From Octopus vulgaris (taxonomy: Eukaryota), in NCBI GenBank assembly GCA_951406725.2, contig OX597828.1, positions 26,288,001 through 26,352,000 on the forward strand: a stretch of DNA of 64,000 nucleotides. Direction: 5' to 3'. The notes below the pieces were generated by a model. That model was given only the letters and a program-made list of their open reading frames with translations, did no database searches and was not told where the DNA came from. This document shows positions 55,771 through 64,000 of this stretch, piece by piece (positions within the stretch are counted from its first letter, which is position 1; every line of letters begins with the position of its first letter). The translations under genes were made by a program, and so were the position numbers.

Positions 55771-56094
55771 TATATATATGAGTATATATATATATATATA
55801 TATATCATCATCATCATCAAGCGGACATTAAATGACGATGATGATGATGATGATGATGATATATATATATATATACTCATGTATAGCACACTGTGCACTT
55901 GTTCAGGCAACATTGGTTTGATGGAGTGGGTGAGCTAATATACAACACAAACATTTGATCTTTATAAAGAAATCATTTGTGCATGTTGTTCTGCAAGAAA
56001 TTACAGAATTTTCTTTTTCAGATTCGAGGAATTACCATTAATGAATGCATCCCCCTACCTACAGATACACATATAAAGTGTTGTAGGAATTGGA

Positions 56095-56547
56095 AGATGG
56101 AACACCTCACACAGTGGCCAATGGTTTCATACATTTGCTGGCAATCTTCAGACAAGAAATTCCCAGCTGAAGATGAAACTACTGATCATAGTAGCATTTT
56201 CTAATTCCCAGAACAAATCTTTACTCTAGAAAGATATTGAGTTCTTTTTCTGAGGCAGTCATGCATAACATACCCTATCATTTGCTTGATATATGATTGT
56301 GTGTGTGTGTATATATATATATACATACATGCATGTCTACAAGGAAAGCAATCCAAAGATTGTTTTTTTTTGTTTTTGATGATGAAACATGGCTACATGA
56401 TTAATCAATATGATGATGATGATGATGATGATGTTGATGATGATATACATGTAAAGGAACAACATTTTGGCTTTGTCAATAATGATGATGATGATTTAAT
56501 ACAGACATACAATTACATATTTGTATATAAATGTATGTAGATGAATG

Positions 56548-56595
<48 letters not shown>

Positions 56596-56898
56596 TCTTG
56601 GAATCTGGTTCAATTAAATAAGAAAAATGGTTATTCCAAGAATACAGAAGTTATTCTAAAAGTCGTTGAGTGAGAAAGAATTAAGTAGAGAAGTATGGAA
56701 ACTCTAAATGCAAATAATTATCCTAAAAATCTTATTAGAAGACAAGGAACTATCCATAGACAATGTTGTTCTTTGCTTTCATTTAATTTTTGTCTGGCTT
56801 GAAGCTAATCTCTTTACATCATCATCATCATCATCATCATGTCATCATTGTCGTTGTCATCATCATCATCATCATTGTCACCATCAACATCATCATTA

Positions 56899-56930
<32 letters not shown>

Positions 56931-57138
56931 GGTCAGTGAGCAGGCAAAATCTACACCAGAAAAAATGCCTGCAGCAATTCTTCCAATTTTATGTTCTGAG
57001 TTCAAATACAGTCAGGGTCAACTTTGCTTTTTATCCTTTGGGATTTGTCAAAAAAAAAAGAAAAAGAAAAATCCCAGTTAAGTGTTGGGATTGATATAAT
57101 CGACTAATCCCTTCCCACCAGATTTCAGAACGGACTGT

Positions 57139-57218
<80 letters not shown>

Positions 57219-58506
57219 GCGTAGAAAGCTGGTAGAATTGTTAGGATGTTGGATAAAATGCTTGGCAACGTCACTTTTAGCTTCCTTGTCCTGCTGGGGA
57301 TGGTTGCTCTTCCTGACCTTGGTTCACAGACAGAGAATGGATTAACACAAGACAGAGTCCCAGGAAATATAAAACCAAAGAATCACGAAACATGATATGA
57401 GCCTATCTGTAGAGCTGTGATGATGATGTAATTTAGCCCCTGAAAGGCATTCCGAACATGAACATCTACCTTATTAGAAGTGTGTGGTAGTATATGAGCA
57501 AACGCATCTTCATTTCAGGTAGCAGGATGTGATTTTAGGGTAATGTACTTGATGTTTAACCTTTTAAAGCATTCCAATCACTTGGTCAAATGTAAAATTC
57601 ATTCATTCACATTGTTTGGAATTAATCAGGAATTATCTTGTAGCTTTGACATTTCAACGGAGTAGAATCAGTAGAATAGCAGTGTAGGGTAGGTGTGAGA
57701 GGTCAGATCTGACCAGTTTGAACATAAAACAATATATGGGGCCAGGTATGGCTGGTGTAAGTACTTTTAAGGGAATAAGATGAGATTTGAGGTTTAACCC
57801 TTTAGTATTTAAACTGGCCATATCCGGCCAAAATAGTTAATCTGTTTTATGTTCAAACTGACCAGATCCAGGCTCTCACACCTACCCTACAATGTTATTC
57901 TACATTAAGTAATTACACCATCAAGATCTTGAAGATATGAGATAATGCATGATTTATTCAAATCAATGGGAATCAATAATCATTATGTTTGATAGAATAA
58001 TCTGAACACTAAAGGGTTAAACCAGGCCAAGTAAAACGATTTGTTTAATTTCTATTACAAAATCAGTTTTCATGTAATAAAAACAAATTTTTCTCTGCCC
58101 AGTTGAAGCAATCTTCTGATCAAGCATTCCAACCAAAATCATATTTTATTTTCTCAGACTAAATTTTTCAATCCAGCCTCTCTCCACAGAGAAGGAACAG
58201 CCTTTCCTTTGTAACTGTAACATTGATGTAAATTTATTGACAGTATGCAGAGTTCACAATAAGATACAACCAGAAGAGTTACTGAAGGAATACCTTGTTT
58301 GGAAAGCTGAAAGGATTGGTGACAGGAAGGACAGATGGAAAACCTCACACAGTGGCCAATGGTTTCATACCTTTGCTGGCAATCCTCAGATAGGAAATTC
58401 CCAGCTGAAGATGAAACTACTGATCATAGTAGAATTTTCTAATTCCCAGAATAAATCTTTACTCTAGAAAGATATTGAGTTCTTTCTCTGAGGCAGTCAT
58501 GCATAA
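56095..58506 (+). repeat. 174-bp direct duplication (56095-56268 and 58333-58506)
   Basis: Direct comparison, about 95% identical. Confidence 0.92.
57556..58016. mobile_element. Two piggyBac-type MITEs head-to-head (minus 57556-57772, degraded; plus 57798-58016)
   Basis: TTAA|CCCTTTAG..CTAAAGGG|TTAA for the plus copy; reverse-complement internal motifs in the upstream copy. Confidence 0.8.
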
Positions 58507-59010
58507 TCTGCCTCAACAAATTCTGTCTGACCCATGCTAACATGGAAAAGTGGATGTTAAAATGCTGATGGTAATGATATATAATCATTATAGGTTAAGC
58601 GATTTACTCTGTTGAAACTAGTGAGTTAGATAATTGAATACTAGTGACACACAGACACACACACACAGTTATATATGTTTGTTCCCACATTGACTTGAGT
58701 TTCTATGAATAATATCCTAGTAATTAATTGAGCATCTAATGATTTATAAATGAACATTTTGCACTTAAAGAATTTGTATCACAAATTATTTTCCTTGCTA
58801 CGTTTGCAGTGTCTGTAGTGCAGCATAATGAAGAAATGTACGTTTGCAAATGCTGTATTGCAGTATGCAGGAATGTGCTTGCAATATTTTGTAATGCAGC
58901 ACAGAGGAATGCATGTGTGCAGTGTGTTTGCACTGCAGCATGCAGCAATGTATGTCTGACATATATGCATATTGCAGTATGCAAGAAATGTGTGCTCGAG
59001 TATTAAGGGG

Positions 59011-59362
59011 AGAAGAAGACGAAGAAGAAGAAGAAGAAGAAGAAGAAGAAGAAGAAGAAGAAGAAGAAGAAGAAGAAGAAGAAGAAGAAGGAGGAGGAGG
59101 AGGAGGAGGAGAAGAAGAAGAAGCAGAAGAAGAAGAAAAGGAGAAGAAGAAGAAGAAGAAAAAGGAGGAGGAGGAGAAGAAGAAGGAGGAGGAGGAGGAG
59201 AAGAAGAAGAAAAAAGGAGGAGGAGGAGAAGACGATGAAGAAAAAGAAAGAGGAGGAGGAAGAAGAAGAGGAGGGGGAGGAGGAGGAGGAGGAGGAGAAG
59301 AAGAAGAAGAAGAAGAAGAAGAAGAAGAAGAAGAAGAAGAAGAAGAAGAAGAAGAAGAAGAA
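59011..59362. repeat. (GAA)n/(GGA)n polypurine tract
   Basis: About 350 bp, almost purine-only on the plus strand. Confidence 0.95.
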
Positions 59363-60404
59363 ATGAATAGAAGACTAAAAGAAAATTGCACAAATAATGA
59401 CAAATTTCTTTGTAAAAATTATAATAATTTATAATAATTTATGATAATTTATAATAATTTTAGTGCAAGACCAGCAGCTTGGAAGGGGGACAGTTAGTTG
59501 ATACTATTGACCCCAGAAGTATAAAAGGTGAAGTCGACTTCGATGGGATTTGAACTGTGAATGGGAAGAGCCAGAACAAACACCAAGAGGGATTTTGTCC
59601 ACCACACTAATATAATAATAATAATAATAACAATAACCGTGTCCCCTGTATGCGTCTGTGGATGTGTGTCATTATGTTTGAGTTGGTCTCCCACCATTTC
59701 ACAACTGGTATTGGTGAGTTTACCTCTCTGTAACTTAGCATTTTGGCAAACGAGACTGATGGAATAAGTAAAAATAAAAGTTCTTGGGTGGATTTGTTTA
59801 ACTATACAGTTCGATGTGATGCCTCAGCATGGCCACATTTCAATGACTAAAAGTCAGAACCTATAGCCCTGGGTCAACCAATGTGTTTGTGAAAGGAATT
59901 TGGTAGGTAAAAGCTTTTACAGAAGTCTATTCCATTCTATTATGTGTATGTGTGTGTGTGTGTGTGTGAGTGTGTGTGTGTATGTGCATGTATGAATGTA
60001 TATGCAAGTGTATAAATGAATATATGCCTCTGCGTACGCCCGTGTGTGTGTGTGTATGCTTGTCTCTCTCTCTATATATATATGTTTGTAGTGACTCTGC
60101 TTGGCCAGTGGTGGCAGTTGCATATGTCTTGCATAAACGAAATGTCCAACAGCTTAGTAGTTTGAGGTATGAAGATATAAACTACCTTATTTGGAAACAA
60201 GTAAAGGTTGGCACATGAATACCACTGCCTCAAGAAGCCTCCTCTAACTCATGCTAGCGAGATATACGATAGTAAAGAGGATATATCCAGCACTGAAACA
60301 TCTGACTAGACTTTGGCTGCAGTTTCCTCTCTTTCTTTCACCACAAAACACACAGATGCCTACATGTAAAAACCAGAAGCACCAATAATGAATATATCTA
60401 GTTA

Positions 60405-60458
<54 letters not shown>

Positions 60459-61096
60459 TACACATGTATATATGTACGGATGAATATATGTATATATATA
60501 TATATATTAAAGCAAATCAATAGTCTAGGCTAGCTACTGAAAAAAGCAGGGTTACTCTATTTATAGTAAAATGGCATTAAAAACAAAAATAAAATGGCTA
60601 AAGTTATTGCGAGATATAAGCGCATAATTGTTTTATAGGCTAAAATGTCAGGATAACTATTATAAACAGCTTTGAAACTTGGGTTAGAATTAACAATGGA
60701 ATCATAACAAAAAAAGCCTATCTATGTTTACAAGGAAACAATTCAGAGGAATGAAGGAAATAAAACAAAAATTTCTTTTTTTTTAAATATTTACATAAAA
60801 AATTTGTTGTTTTTTTTTTCTTTGTATTCTCTCCCTTTCTCTTAGTTTTGTTTGTATATTTTAAATTTTGGTGTTGTTGTTGTTATTATTATTATTATTA
60901 TCATTATTATTATCATCATCATTATTATTATTATTATGCAACTGCACCAGCAAAAGCTAGTTGGTTGTAAGTAGTGTCTACCCCAATGTATGGGATGTAT
61001 GCAACGAAATAAGTCAAGCTCTGTTTACAGCAATTAGAGTGAAATTGCTTTTAATTAAAACCATTTATACATCAAGATGAATTAAGTTTTATTATT

Positions 61097-61133
<37 letters not shown>

Positions 61134-61468
61134 TGAGAGAAAAAAAAAGTGGTGGGGAGGATAATAAAAAAATTAATAGCAATAACAACAAAACAAATCC
61201 AATTCATAGAACAGTATCGAAAAATAATTAGAATTAGAATATCCTTTGTTTGAGACTAGCCATTGAGAGAGAAAGAGAATGAAGAGAGAAAGAATAAGAC
61301 AGAAAAGCAGGGAAATTGAGAGAGAAAGAAAGAGAATAAGACTGAAAGAAAGAAAGAATGGAAATGGGTGAGGGTGAGAAATAGAAAGGAGAGAGAGAGG
61401 AAGTAGGGGAGGGGTTGATGTGGTGTGTGAGTGAAAGAGAGAAATGCAGAGAGAGTGGGAAACAGAAT

Positions 61469-61504
<36 letters not shown>

Positions 61505-61723
61505 ATGAAGGAATGAGAGAAATATCTTGGTGTCTCTATTAGACATGTAACTATTGTACGCAGCCTGGAGGTGGAATTTGTCAGTCAAATGAACAAGTTC
61601 TTATCTTCTCAACTTGAAGTTCTGTCATAATGTTGTTACATCAGATGACAAAAACGCCAATATGCTGTGTGCAACAATAATCTTATGATAGTTATAGCAA
61701 AATTATTATTATTATCATTATTA

Positions 61724-61767
<44 letters not shown>

Positions 61768-61926
61768 TGGAGCAAGCTAACAGAATCGTTATCACACTGG
61801 ACCAGATGCTTAGCAGCATTTCATCCGTCTTTTGTGTTTTGTGTTCAAATTCTGCTGAGGTTGACTTTGCCTTTCATCCTTTTAGGGCCAATAAATAAGT
61901 ACCTGTTGAACACAGGGTGTCGATGT

Positions 61927-62565
61927 AAGCGCCCTGAGAGAAATGTTGGACATAAGAAGCATCGGATGCAGCATGCAGGAGAAACGATTGCGTTGGTATG
62001 GTCATGTACTAGGGATGGATGAGGAGACATGGGTGAAGAAGTGCCTCTCCCAAACAGTTGGAGGAATCTGGTGTAGAGGTAGACCCAGGAAGACATGGGA
62101 TGAGGTGGTCAAGCATGACCTTTGAATGTTGGGCCTCACAGAGGCAATGACGAAAGACCGAGACCTCTGAAGATATGCTGTGACTGTGAAGACCCGGCAA
62201 ATAAAGTGAGTTCACGGCTGTATCCTACACCAGTTTTGTATAACCAGCCCCCGCCCATTCAAAAGAATCTTGGATCGTAGGACAACCTGCTATGCTTACC
62301 TTGGATCGTTGGGTGGCCTGCTGTACTTGAAGAGACCTTTTGAGTCAAGTACATCAAAATAAAAATCAAAATCAAATGCTGGTAGAAAGTAAAAAGCAGC
62401 CACTACACTCACAGAGTGGTTGGCATTAGGAAAGGCATCCAGCTGCAGAAACACTGCCAGATCAGACTGGAGTTTGGTGCAGCCTCCTGGCTTCCCAGAC
62501 CCAAGTCAAACTGTCCAACCCATGGCAGCATAGAAAACGGACGTTAAAATATGATGATAATGATA
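61927..62565 (+). mobile_element. RTE (BovB-like) LINE 3' end joined to a SINE B head (61768-61927)
   Basis: ALREMLDIRSI..RLRWYGHVL.MDE..WVKKC..V.G...RGRPRKTWDEVVKHDL*MLGL..DRDL*R; two premature stops; 3' UTR ends ggacgttaaaa(TGA)n. Confidence 0.88.
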
Positions 62566-63932
62566 TATATATATATATATATCAAGATAATCAGTTTTGC
62601 TTCCAGTGCTTTCACAAAACAGATCCTTTACGAGTAAACTGATGAGTAAACCAGTTAACTGAAGACCATGGCCTATAAAGAGCATCCTATCCTGAAAAGA
62701 AGCTGCTATTTGCATGTATCTATGCATTTCTATTCAATCAGTCAACCATTTCTTTTGTTTTCTTTTATTTTTGAAAAACTTGTTGAGCTTAACAGCACCA
62801 ATTCTTCTTTTATCTCCTGCATTCCTATGAGATAAACCACCTCAACATGCTACTATTTACTGTGTCTTTTAGTTCTTAGAGAATCTCTTTTTGCAAGCCT
62901 CAGCAGATGTACAGTGGGGTTCTGACCAACAAACAAATATAGGAATGGATCTGTTGCATCTTTTGGATTTAGTTTTCCATTATTTAAATGTCATATAAAA
63001 CCCAGAGGCAGAGATTCCTGAAAAGCATTCTTTGGAAGCTTTTAATACACATTTGATTTTTTTCTTCTTTTTCTGATTAAGAAAAAAATCAACTTCTGCA
63101 GAGAATGTTCAGAGTTAATAGAAACAACCCCAATATACAACTGGTACTCACTGGCCCATAAGGGATCAAAATGCAAAACTAACTTTTACAAACAACATAG
63201 GAGAGCAAGACTAGCTATTATGAGGGTTGTAGCCTATCATTTTCCCCAGTTTCAAACCATATTCTAGTTTGATATTTATAACAAACTTCTAGAAATTATT
63301 TCCTTTGGTTGCTTAGTTTAACCAGAAGAAATGTGGATTAATAATAATAATAAAATGTACATTCCATTTGACCATTATATTATCTAACAATCAAGATAGG
63401 ACCTTGTTGGCTAAGCATCCCAAATTTTCAGTTATTGCTTTCAATCCAATTTTTGCTTTTGGAAATTGTCCAATGGCAAAAGAATATTCATTTCCGCTAG
63501 TCATTTCATTAAACAGATTTTATTCTTTTCTCATTCCTTTTTGTTTTTATAATTCTTTTTTTTTTTTTTTTCAAATTCCCTTCTTTTTCATATAGTCTGT
63601 AGTTACAGATCTTCTAAGTCTTAATAAATACTAAGTAGTTTTAAGTAAGTGACATTGTTTTATTAAAACACTATGCTTATCTTTTGGTTTAGAGATTCTT
63701 CAAATGTCAGATACTATTTCAGAAAATTCCAGTTGCTCATCAGCTTTGCTGTAACCAAAATTATCAGTTCTAAATGTTTAAAGTAATAACAAGAATAAAA
63801 ATTCCCCATATTTACACTAAATTTATAAATACACGGCAAAATAAATTCTGCACAGATTTTAAAATCAGCATTTTTTTTCCATAAGAGAACAAGTATATAT
63901 ATATATATATATATATATAAATATAGGGAGAA

Positions 63933-63976
<44 letters not shown>

Positions 63977-64000
63977 AGAGAGAGAGAGAGACAGAGACAG

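Noticed and set aside
56163-56186. cagCTGAAGAtGAAActactg hammerhead-like string
   Set aside because: No stem II or stem III possible
58913-59434. Poly-Glu/Gly/Lys ORF
   Set aside because: Simply the GAA/GGA tract

Overview
This is AT-rich, microsatellite-saturated animal DNA that looks intronic or intergenic. The repeat families resemble those I recall from Octopus genomes (inference, not a database result). I cannot support any host protein-coding gene; nearly all long ORFs in the track are translations of microsatellites. The main feature is a very young, 5'-truncated Penelope-like element (PLE) at about 1271-4029. It has an RT-thumb remnant, a Zn-knuckle linker and an intact GIY-YIG endonuclease, and its 3' 1.1 kb is duplicated as a near-perfect inverted arm. 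Several short PLE-LTR-like elements sit inside (TA)n tracts and carry hammerhead-ribozyme cores: one complete minimal type I motif at 45859-45895 (minus strand), and partial or fold-back ones at about 4.7, 26.2 and 55.7 kb. The window also holds several tRNA-derived SINE families, 3' fragments of RTE, L1/Tx1, R4/Dong and CR1/L2 LINEs, TTAA (piggyBac-type) MITEs and one MITE with an 8-bp TSD. Unusual observations include SINE dimers that share one fixed junction but have locus-specific homogenised units, a SINE tail shared with an L1/Tx1-like LINE, a template-switch inversion, a templated insertion, and a roughly 10-kb CpG-retaining domain containing a candidate first exon.
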